Of a stretch of DNA of 64,000 nucleotides, positions 1 through 9,950 are shown piece by piece; the first letter of the stretch is position 1; each line of letters starts with the position of its first letter. The position numbers and the translations under genes were made by a program. The stretch is taken from NCBI RefSeq assembly GCF_000143415.4, contig NW_003314369.1:1-64000 (forward strand), given 5' to 3'. Below the pieces are notes generated by a model that worked only from the letters and a program-made list of their open reading frames with translations, did no database searches and was not told where the DNA came from. The DNA comes from Selaginella moellendorffii. Taxonomy: Eukaryota > Plantae > Lycopodiophyta.

Positions 1-120
1 GGGACTAGATTTTTTGACTGATTTTAAGTGAGTGGCTGAAAGAATGCACAGATCAAACAGCGTGCACGTTAGTGCTACATGAATAAAAAACGTGAAATGT
101 GATCTCTGTTGGATCAGTGG

Positions 121-128
121 TATAAATA
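121..128 (+). promoter_or_regulatory. TATA box (TATAAATA) of the MpaB-like gene
   Basis: TATAAATA about 100 bp upstream of ATG 222; a related motif (GATAAATA) is kept in the inverted promoter copy near 2370. Confidence 0.6.
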
Positions 129-221
129 CCCCTTCTCTTGCCCATGTTTCACCAACCTAGTTCTTTCTTTTGCACGCACAGATTTTAGATCAAACAGTTT
201 TCACAACGCAACCATTTCAGA

Positions 222-1265
222 ATGGCTGCAATCTTGTTGATGATCGTGTTGCTCGTGATGGCTGCAGCATGGAAAATGGTGTGCATTGGCAAGAGAAAAG
301 AGAGAGCGAGATTTCTAGCGTCACTCCACCCCGTGAGAGATGCCCACAAGATCTTGTGGTATATGTACTCGGTGGAATTCCCCTTCCTCTCACAAAAGGC
401 GCTCGAGTTTGGCACCATCCGCACGCTGGGCATCCCCGGGATCACAAATTTGCTCTTCAAGACCAAGTACGGCCTCAAGGATCCCGAGAAGCGCGCTGCC
501 GAGACCAACATTCTGGTGAGCGAGATGATCCACCACCACGTCGACAGCGATCGCGGCTCGTACGCGGTGAGGAGATTGAATGGAATCCACAACAAATTCA
601 AGATCCCAAACGACCAATTCGCCTACGTCCTCTGCCTCAACGTGATCAGTCCCATTGATTTCTCCGAGAAGTTTGGATTCCGCAAGTGGACCGACAACGA
701 GAAGGAGGCCGCGTATGTTGTGTGGCACGACGTGGGCGTGAGGATGGGCATCACAAACATCCCAGACAGCATTTCCGAGATGCGAGAGTACATTCGCGAG
801 TACGAGGCCAAGAACGCCATCTTCACGGACAAGAACAAGAGCATCGTCCAGGATCTCAAGCATCTGGTGCTGGACGCGTTTCCTCAGCCCGTGCAGCCGC
901 TGGTAGAGACTGGGATCTGCGCGCTCATCGATCCCACAATCAGGAGCGCTGTTGGATTGGAAAAGCCCCCCGTGATCGTGGAGTGGATCATCTTGGGTGC
1001 GTTCAAGCTGCTGGCCGGGAGCTGCGTGTCCGCATTTATGCCTCCCAGACGTGTGGAGGATGCGAAGGGCAGCATTGAGGTGGACTGGTGTCCTAATCCC
1101 GCTGCCAATCCGGAAGAGTACCGGCAGCTCAACGTGAATGTGTATCGGCCACCAGCATTTGAGAAGGGATACAAGCTGGCGGAGCTGGGAGTGCTGAAAT
1201 CCGGCAAGATTGGACCATACTACGATGGGGGATTACGTTGTCCCTTTCAGCAAATGCATGCATAG
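222..1265 (+). CDS. MpaB/DUF2236-like (latex-clearing-protein-like fold) membrane-anchored oxygenase, intronless
   Basis: 347-aa ORF with N-terminal hydrophobic anchor and motifs EFPF..KALEF, KRAAET, RLNGIH..FKIPNDQFAYVL, W.DVG.RMGI..IP, recognised from memory as typical of the MpaB/DUF2236 family. Confidence 0.75.
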   Translation: MAAILLMIVLLVMAAAWKMVCIGKRKERARFLASLHPVRDAHKILWYMYSVEFPFLSQKALEFGTIRTLGIPGITNLLFKTKYGLKDPEKRAAETNILVSEMIHHHVDSDRGSYAVRRLNGIHNKFKIPNDQFAYVLCLNVISPIDFSEKFGFRKWTDNEKEAAYVVWHDVGVRMGITNIPDSISEMREYIREYEAKNAIFTDKNKSIVQDLKHLVLDAFPQPVQPLVETGICALIDPTIRSAVGLEKPPVIVEWIILGAFKLLAGSCVSAFMPPRRVEDAKGSIEVDWCPNPAANPEEYRQLNVNVYRPPAFEKGYKLAELGVLKSGKIGPYYDGGLRCPFQQMHA

Positions 1266-1349
1266 AAATACCTTAAATAAATTGTTATGGTTTTGTTATT
1301 ACTTATTAATCCAATTGTTTATAATTATAAGCATGTTTGCTCGTAATCT

Positions 1350-1421
1350 CGCCGTTGCCGGGGATCGAACCCAGGTCGTCCGCGTGACAGGCGGAAATAC
1401 TCACCACTATACTACAACGAC
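1350..1421 (-). tRNA. trnD-GUC: tRNA-Asp(GTC)
   Basis: Reverse complement GTCGTTGTAGTATAGTGGTGAGTATTTCCGCCTGTCACGCGGACGACCTGGGTTCGATCCCCGGCAACGGCG: 72-nt cloverleaf, anticodon GTC at 1386-1388, close to plant cytosolic tRNA-Asp. Confidence 0.95.
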
Positions 1422-2084
1422 ATCAGACAACTAATAGAACTTAATTTTGGTTCGCGGAAGGAACCCTTGGGTATTATGAATGTCTGCGTTGAGCGGTTGC
1501 GATTGTCTCGGGGCCCTTTGGATCCAACGACCAGTACCTGCTCTCCATCCGACGCACGAGTGTGTGCCACGCACGCGGGCCCCCTCTGGACGGCGTGGAT
1601 TGCCGGACGCTTGACAAGCAGCTCAATGTGGTGCGTGGTTTTTGGGAGAAACGGGACAGTGTGGTGAGGAGCCGCTTACGAAAGAGTGAGCACGCCACTC
1701 CCGGTGTTCAGGTTTGTGATCTTATTGTTATCCAGCTGGACATTAACAAGGGATGAAATCAATTGCTGAACAGACATTTTAATACTTGATAGAGTTGAAT
1801 ATATGTTTAAATGATTTCTATGTCCTTCTAAAGTGAATTTCATGGACTGTCGGCTCAGGAAACGTCTGCACAGCTCTTGGGGATGACAAAAACTCCACCT
1901 CCGAGTGAGTTCCAAAGTCTTGGCCTCTTACATGACCTTCGCATAGATATCCTGCAGCAGTAGCTCAAGTAGCACAAAGCAGAGAAAACGAAAACGAACT
2001 TTACCTCGCGCAAGCTGGCTTTGATCGGTGTAGGAGCTATGAGCACACCTGGAGATTCATGTTGGCACAAACTAACCAAGATAT

Positions 2085-2410
2085 GAATGGTGCCAAACTC
2101 GAGCGTCTTTTGTGAGAGGAAGGGGAATTCCACCCAGTACATATACCACAAGATCTTGTGGGCATCTCTCACGGGGTGGAGTGACGCTAGAAATCTCGCT
2201 CTATCTTTTCTCTTGCCAATGCACACCATCTTCCAGCCATCATGAGCAACACGGTCATCAACAAGATTGCAGCCATTTGGAAATGAAAACTGTTTGATCG
2301 GTCCTGAAAACAGCTTTTGCTTTCTACACTCCTCTGTGGGTTATGAAACAGGGGCAGGAGAAGAGGTATTTATCCTACAGAGATCACATCTCACATTTTT
2401 AATTCCATGG
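2085..2410 (-). pseudogene. Inverted partial copy of the MpaB-like gene (promoter plus first ~65 codons)
   Basis: Reverse complement matches ~78-420; translation MVCIGKRKDRARFLASLHPVRDAHKILWYMYWVEFPFLSQKTLEFGTI; small frameshifting deletion near the start. Confidence 0.9.
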
Positions 2411-5232
2411 TTGCCCGGTTTATTCCGGGCACGTAACCAGTATGTCCCATAAGTTGCACGTTTTCCATTAGCTGGTCCATGCTGGTCCTACCAAAACGTT
2501 TACACATCCTTGTTTACAATGTGCAAGTCAACGACAAATCACTTGCAAGCCTAAGACCACCCAAAAAGAATAACATTGCCGAACCCTTAGCATGCTTTTC
2601 TACCTGGTTATCTACCTGGTTTGTTTACAGTCCATTTGTGCCCAATGGGGTGCAATCTTGTAGTATCTGGTGAGTATTTCCACCTGTCACCCTGGCTATC
2701 CAATGGGATCGCCACCATTGGATCTTTGGAGCCAATCCCAAACTTTTTCTTTCTCTGGGTATGAATCTATTATCTCAAAGATCTCTAGCCCATATGTTTC
2801 ACCAGTCAGTTCTTTGTTTTACAGGCATTCGTGACAAATGGATTGTCTCACAAATTCATGACCCACTAATAATGAACTGTTGTGATTTTCTCCTTTTAAA
2901 AATTTCTCTACTCCGTTGCTAATTAAATTTTAATATAATTATTCTTAATTATCACTAATATAAATCATGTTATTCTTAGGCTTTCCTGTACTCCTCTTTC
3001 TCAACAATTATAATTGAACTTTTGCCTCTACATTTCAGTATCTTGCTCATGTGCAACTTCTACATAAAAAATCAGAATAAGGAACCATACAATATTTCTG
3101 GCCACTAGAGCTTAGTCTAAAGCTTCAACCATAAAGGCACTACTTGTTAAATATTGGACATGGTTATATTAAACTTGATCATTACATTTCATTAAAGAAT
3201 ATTATAGATACAGGATAATATAGCACATTCCTTTATATTAAAGATTTATTAGTTATTATTTATTTAAAATGAAAATTTTAATTTATTTTAATTTTAATTT
3301 TATATATTTATTAAAATATTTCTAGTAAATTTTTTATTTTATTAAAAAATTAAATAATTTTTTAAAAATAAAATAAAGCATTATTTTCCAAAAACAATTA
3401 GTACTACATAGTGTAGCAAATTATCCTACAAGAATCTAAATTGTCACCTAGGGGACTACTAAATATGCCCTCAATGCCTCCAGAACAACTAAGCATTTGG
3501 GTTTATACTACACAAATTCTAAGGATATAACTCAAGAGTTGTTGTGTAGTGTATTGGGATGGGGAGGCATAAAAAATACCATCCTTTAGAGGTCTTCGAT
3601 GTATGCTACAAAGTTAAAGAGGCTAGAGTAATAGTAATTAATAACTCTTTATATAATCTCTTAGAGCTTTTTAAAGGAGTTTTTAGCTTCAAACCAATTA
3701 TGCAACTATACAATTTTTGAACTGTACTCAAAATGAGGTATTGCTAGCTAGTAGTCTTCTAAAAGATAAGGAGAGTAAAGACATTGATAAAAGTGAGAGA
3801 GGGTGTAATAAGGATAAGAAAATAATAGTAGGTGCTTGTTAGTTTTTTTTGGAGCTAGATCTAAATAAGATTTTAACTCCATCCCAATGTAATATTGTTG
3901 CAATTGGTACCCATGTCCAAGATATGCCTATCATAGCCAATGGCAGTGAGATTGGAGCTGAAAAAAAGCTTGATGAATAGATGGTATAGTTGCTCAGCAA
4001 TCAAAGTGAAGTGCCGAGATTGAAGAAGTAACTGCTTCTTCTCTTTACTAGAGAAATCTAGAGGATACTTGCCACTCCATGGTACCACTTAAGTATTGCT
4101 TCAACCTAGAAAACCTTTACATCCACTTGCTCCTTGCTAACCACCTAAAAAAGATGAGCATCTGGAAGCTCATCATCCACTCTAGTAATTCCATTCATAG
4201 TAGAAGTTGGCAATCTTGAAGATGATCAAACATATTATGACTTCGTCTAGGCTTCAACATAATCTTGAACTGAAATTCTTGTAAAATCAAAAGCCACCTT
4301 ATCACCCTTTTTGTCCTGCACGGCTTTAAGATAAGATATTTCAAGGCCTAATGATCCAAATAAAAAACAAACTCCTTTCCCAGTGGAATGATTTTCACTA
4401 TGTGTCAATATCACCAACTCCTTCATGCTCTGTTGCTGAATAATTCTTCTCTGCTATTGGGAGTTGTTGGCTATGAAGATGATCCCATCTGCAAATTTGA
4501 GCCAATTGCCACTGCTGAAGCATCCATATGGACATGAAAATCTCGAGACCAGTCTAGCATCTTCAAAATTGGAGCTATGACTAGAGCTTGCTTCAACACC
4601 TCAAAAGCTTGTTGTGGGCAGTCTGTCCAATTATACTTGACGTCTTTGCACAACAACTCTATTAGAAGCAAAGCTTTCTCTACATAACTATGCATAAACC
4701 TGCAATGATATTCTATATGACCCAAGATTCCTTGCAATTGCCTCACATCCACTAAAGCTGGTAATGCTTGTATCAACCTAGTCTTGCTAGGATCAATAAC
4801 TAAACCATTATGTGAAACAATCCGACCTAGCAACACCCCATGTGTCACTCCAAAACTGCACTTAAATGGATTTAACAAGATCCCAAATTGCCTATATCTG
4901 TTAAAACATAACTTTTCCAAGTGTTGTAAAATATGCTAAAATCATCCAGAAATACCTCCATAAAATCCTTATTTGGCTAAAACACTACTCTCTGAAATGT
5001 TGCTAGAGCATTGCATAGGCCAAAAGGCATAACTCTATATGCATAACACCCTAACTCTGTCACAAAAGTGGTTTTCAGTTGATCCTTCTTTGTTATTCGC
5101 ACTTGACTATAACTACTGAAGCCATCCAAAAAAGAATAGAGCTCATGCCCTGGCACTAAATCCAACATTGTATCAGTAAATGGCAATGAAAAACCATCCT
5201 TAATTATTGCATTGTTCAACTTTCTGTAATCT

Positions 5233-6860
5233 TGTGAGACACAAAATCCCTAGGCCCCAAAGTGGAGCCGGAATGGTGCCACGTGGTAGTGGCCGAAGTG
5301 AAAGCCAAATGAGTGTAACACCTTTGGACCGAAAGCTCTGATTTGAAAGGTTGAGAGCGGGAGTGGAACTCCTAGTGAAGGGCTCGAGGAACAAGTACGA
5401 AGCGAGCAATAAGCGAGGTTCCAAAAAGGGACCCGAGTTGGAGTTTGAGATGGAGTCCGAGATGGACAGAGACGGAGTCCGAGATGGATCCAAGATGGAG
5501 TCCGAGATGGATTCCGAGATGGAGTCCGAGATGGACCCAAGTTGGAGTCCGAGATGGAGCCCGAGATAGACCGAGATGGAGTCCGAGATGGACCCAAGAT
5601 AGAGTCTGAGATGGACCGAGACGGAGTCTGAGATGGAGTCCGAGATGGAGTCCGAGATGGACCCGAGATGGAATCCGAGATGGAGTCCGAGAAGGACCCA
5701 AGATGGAGTCTGAGGTCGACACCGAGACCGGGACCGAGACCAAGACCGGGACCGAGACCGAGATTGAGACCGAGACCGAGATCGGGACTGAGACTGAGGC
5801 CGAGGCCGAGGTTGAGGCCGAGTCTGAGTCCGAGTCCAAGTCCGAGTCCGAGTTCGAGTTTGAGAGGGTGAAAGCCCAAAGCGTTTGTCTCCCAGACCCT
5901 GGGGGGTTTGGTGAGCTCCAAAAGTATAGTAAGGGGGAGGACTGCAGTGGAGCTAGTTTGGCTAGGAAAGGCCAGTTTGGCCCAGGAAGGTTGTACCCAG
6001 TGTTAGGTGATGAACTGCCCACTGGGAAGTCCAAGACTAGAGTGAACACGGATTGACAAGCGGGGTAGCTTGGTGAAGTGTTCAAGAGCTGGCTTTAGTT
6101 CCCCCGGGAGATCGACTGGCCGATGCTCCCAATCCAAGTGTGGGTGGCACTACTTACTTGGATACTAGGTGTGGCTCAACGGAATCTCGCTCTAAGCCCA
6201 TGGCTAGAGCACCCAAAGGTGGAAGGCAGGGAGAGTACCCACGAGGCTTGCATAAGGCCACGGTGTTCCGAAACGTTGTCCCGAAGGCCCAGACTGTGGA
6301 AAGGAAGAGGAGTAGTCCTCTGGTGTAGTGACCAAGGATACAGTCGTGTGGTGAGAAAGTCCCAGAGGACCGTGGGACTTGGTGGTCGGGCCTGTGGGCC
6401 TTGATCCAGTGGCAGTGTTGGCGAACACGGCCAAGGACAAAGAGGGACTTGGTGGGGACTAGAAAGGAGATATTGGGGAAGGTTATTCCCCATGTCTGTG
6501 GGCATCCTAAGGATGTTAAGGAGTGGATATGGGATGACCACTCATGGACGGATGGCTCAGTCTTGGAGAGACAGGATTGCAATATAGGTGGTGTTGGACC
6601 ACCGATGTGACCAAGGTGAATGGGCATGGCTTAGCGTAACGGGCTGGTATGTTGGTGGTGTCTTGGAGTGTCAGTCATGGGATCAGACACGTGGAGCACT
6701 TGGACCAAGTGCAAAGGTTAAGTGGTATAGATGCTATTCTCGGGGCTAGCAAGCCCCAAGTCCTGAGAGGGACTTATAGAGGTTGTGAATGAGACTTCTC
6801 CAAGTGGTTGGAGGTGCAGTTAAGTGACTAAAGTAGAATGGAAAAAACTAGTCGCTTATA
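5233..6860. mobile_element. Solo LTR (1628 bp) inserted in an RT gene
   Basis: TGTGAG...CTTATA ends (terminal CA mutated to TA), 5-bp TSD AATCT at 5228-5232 and 6861-6865; removing it rejoins the RT motif VD-YRKLN. Confidence 0.88.
5440..5860. repeat. Tandem array (CCGAGATGGAGT)n followed by (CCGAGA/CCGAGT)n inside the solo LTR
   Basis: Directly visible degenerate 12-mer and 6-mer repeats. Confidence 0.9.
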
Positions 6861-8744
6861 AATCTACAAAAACCCTAAGTTGTCCATTCTTCTTCTTAAC
6901 CACAAGAATAGGAGAAAGACACTCACTAATTTCCACCTCTAAAATAAATCCTACTTGCAACATCTCCTCTCGCACTACTCTTGAATAATGTGGATTGGTC
7001 CTGTAAGGCATCTGACAAATAGGAACAGCTTTAGGTATCAAAGGAATTCAATGGACAACCAGCACAAGATCAATGCCTTACATATCTTTATATTTCCACG
7101 CAAAAACATTTATATACTAGCATACCAACTTCACAAATTGCTTTCTTAGCTCTCCTTCCAACTCTCCTCCTATCTTCACTAGTCGAGACTCTGCAGTTTC
7201 AAGGTCTAAATCCACTAGCTTTGGAGACTTGATAAACCTATTGGTCTTCCCTACTTGTATAGCTGGTTTGTCACCAATTTTCTATGGTTTTTCTGCCAGA
7301 AAATGGTTTGGATACTCAAGCAACTTCTCCTCATCTGTTGGCTTTGAAAACTCAAACTTAACTATGCTACAATCTACATCACCTCTCTACACTCATCCAA
7401 TGCTTTAGATGAGATCACCATAAGTTGGCAAGGAAGAATATTGTACCCAAGCTGCTTCCTCATTTTCCTTGCTAGAACTTCAGCTATTTGAAATATTATC
7501 CTCAACCTCATCACTTCCAAAAGTAATATCACTACTATCATCCTCATAATCAAGTTATTTATCCTTAGGTTGAGCTGATTTTGGAACTCCTGCACAAACA
7601 CTCACTCAAACTGGCTATATAGCTCCTCTGCCAGCAATAGATGCTTGAAGTTGTCCCTACAAAGTTGGTAGCTTTGCTTGCTCAAAATGTCAAGCTAAAG
7701 TTATAGTTGCATTCAGATCCATTGGTTCATGACACCACACATAAAAAGAAGCATTCTTAAGTAGGCCTTGCCAAAAATATCTCACTTCATCATCTGTTGC
7801 AGAAGTTGGTCCTTTTTTGATAACAACCTTTGGAACCTCATTGCATACCTTTGTATAGTTTCTCCTGGCTATAAGGTGATTGTGTTGACCTTATTACTTA
7901 CTCTTTAATGAAATCCTACAGGTCTAAAAGCATTTTAAAATGCTTACTTCAAGGCATCCTAGTCTGCAAAAGCTACTTGTGCCACTGCCACAACATACCA
8001 CTCAGCTGTGACATCTTTCAATGTTGCTGGAAAAATCTTTGGTGCAAAGTTTGCTCACTGTTTGCTATATTCACATTCTCAAAAGTCATCACATGATCAT
8101 CCAGGTCACTGCACATTATGTAGCTGGGATACTTCATCCGACTCCGAATGGACCATCATTTATAGCCTACTATCAATAAAGGTAATGCTGAGGACTAGTT
8201 TCTTGAACCCCACCCAAGCCACAATGCAAGAAAACATACAAACAAAACAAAATGAGACCATACAATCAATATAGGCAATGCAAAATACATCATAAGTGAT
8301 TTGAAAACATACTAACATTGATCTTAATCCTTAGCTTGGACACTAGCTACATGGAAAATAAAGACTTTACTTCACCAGGTGTAGAATATACAAATGAGAC
8401 GAGGCTTTCTAGGGAGACTACCACAGCAAGCACGATCTTGCCCCAACTCAAGTTTGGGCCTATAAATGAAAAACATTTCTAGCAAAGACCAGCATTAGTT
8501 GTAATAGAAAAGGGAACAAAATGAAATATACATGTAACAAAGCTGGAATAAAAAAAAAGTTAGAGAAAATACCTCTTCAGATGTGTGGCATTAATTGGAT
8601 TTGGCAACTTATGACCTAATATAGACCAATCCATGGTAATTGAATTTTTTCCGGATAAGCAATTGCATCATCCAGCCTCCAAACCAAGTTCCCCGAAACA
8701 AAAGTCTCTCCTCACTACTTAGTATGTGCTAGTGTTGTGCAAAG

Positions 8745-9891
8745 TGTAAGGAACCAACTCGCCGAGGTGTCGTAGGCTAAAGGATCCCCGAAAGCATGAC
8801 CAAAATGATAAAGAGTTCATCGGATGGGACAAAGTCTGAGATCGAGTCCAAGACCGACTCTAAGACCGAGTTTGAAATAGAGTCCGAAATCGAGTCCGCG
8901 GCCGACTCGGAGGCCGATTTCGAGACCGAGTTTGAGACCGAGTTCGAGACGGAGTCCGAGATCCGAAATCGGGTCCAAGACCGAGTCCGAGGTCGGGTCC
9001 GAAATTGGGTCCGAGATCGAGTCCGAGACCGAATCCGAAGTCGGATCCGAGATCGAGTCCGAAATCGAGCCAGAGACTGAGTCCGAGTACTAATACGGGT
9101 CAAGGGGTGAAAGCCCAAAGCGTGCGTCCCCCAGGGGGGGGGGGGGGGGGGGGGGGGCTGCAGGGGGTTCCAAAAGTATAGTAGGGATAGGGAGGTTTAG
9201 GAACCAGTTTTGAAAGAACTCTTCAGTGGGGCTTCCAAACTGACTTAAGGTTGGGATTGGGACCGAGGGGCCTTGGGTGGGAGTGAGCATGGACTTGGTT
9301 GGTGCCGGAGGGGCCATCCAAGGAAGTGCTCAAGAGCAGCTCCCACTCTCGACAGGGAAATCGATTGCGGTGCTCCCGGCTCATGTGGAGTGGTGCCCCA
9401 CTTGAGTACCATGCGGCTCATTGGTCCTTGACCTTCTTAAGGGCTTGGGCCTTCCTTCGGGATGGAAGTGGGGGGGTAGAGGTACCCATACCGGGCCGCT
9501 AGACCACAGTGTTTCGCCCCGGCGTCCCGAAGCAAGTGTTGCACTCAAGACTTGGGATTTAGAGGGTCCCATGATCAAGTCTTGTGGTACCAAGGGATGT
9601 TAGGAACCTGGACGCTTGGTGTGTTTGGCTGCTTGTGCTTGCGGGGAGTGTAGCCGAACCTTAAGTCCAGTCTAACCCGGGGAGGGGGATTGGGAGTGAT
9701 TTGGGAATCCGTGGATGGATGGCTAACACTCCGTTGCTCGTGTAGTGAGTAGCTGAAACCAAGTAGGACCAAGTAGGAGCTGGTACCATAGGCGAGAACC
9801 TTGGCAAGGGAACTTAGCAAAAGCCAAGGCAGTGTTGGACGGATAGACGAGGTAAGCTGGCAAATTGGAAAGGAAAAATTTGTGGCTCACA
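8745..9891 (+). repeat. 5' LTR of chromovirus copy 1
   Basis: Direct repeat of 15854-17004 and 46378-47535; contains a hexamer array at 8835-9088 and a poly-G run. Confidence 0.95.
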
Positions 9892-9894
9892 ATT

Positions 9895-9906
9895 TGGTAT
9901 CGGAGC
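9895..9906 (+). promoter_or_regulatory. Primer-binding site for tRNA-iMet
   Basis: TGGTATCGGAGC 3 nt after the LTR end; canonical sequence is TGGTATCAGAGC. Confidence 0.9.
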
Positions 9907-9950
9907 ATTTTCCTCAGTTCTAGTGAAGGATAGAGGTGGATTGCTGGGAG

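Larger units (their letters stand above)
3873..8050 (-). mobile_element. Degenerate non-chromoviral Ty3/gypsy internal region (gag-RT-RNaseH remnants)
   Basis: RT fragments VKKKNGQLRVFVD/YRKLN, SFLDGFSSYSQV, YRVMPFGLCNA; RNaseH FHVHMDAS; many stops; split by a solo LTR. Confidence 0.85.

Noticed and set aside
2900-3870. Very AT-rich tract
   Set aside because: No termini, repeats or ORFs that I could support.
5440-5860. Possible CRISPR-like array
   Set aside because: Head-to-tail degenerate repeats without unique spacers, in a eukaryotic LTR context with no cas genes.
5250-6085. Low-complexity ORFs (GLGL, SRTP, ETET, RSRT repeats), also at 8777-9118, 15738-16085 and 46403-46825
   Set aside because: These are translations of LTR tandem repeats that lack stop codons, not genes.
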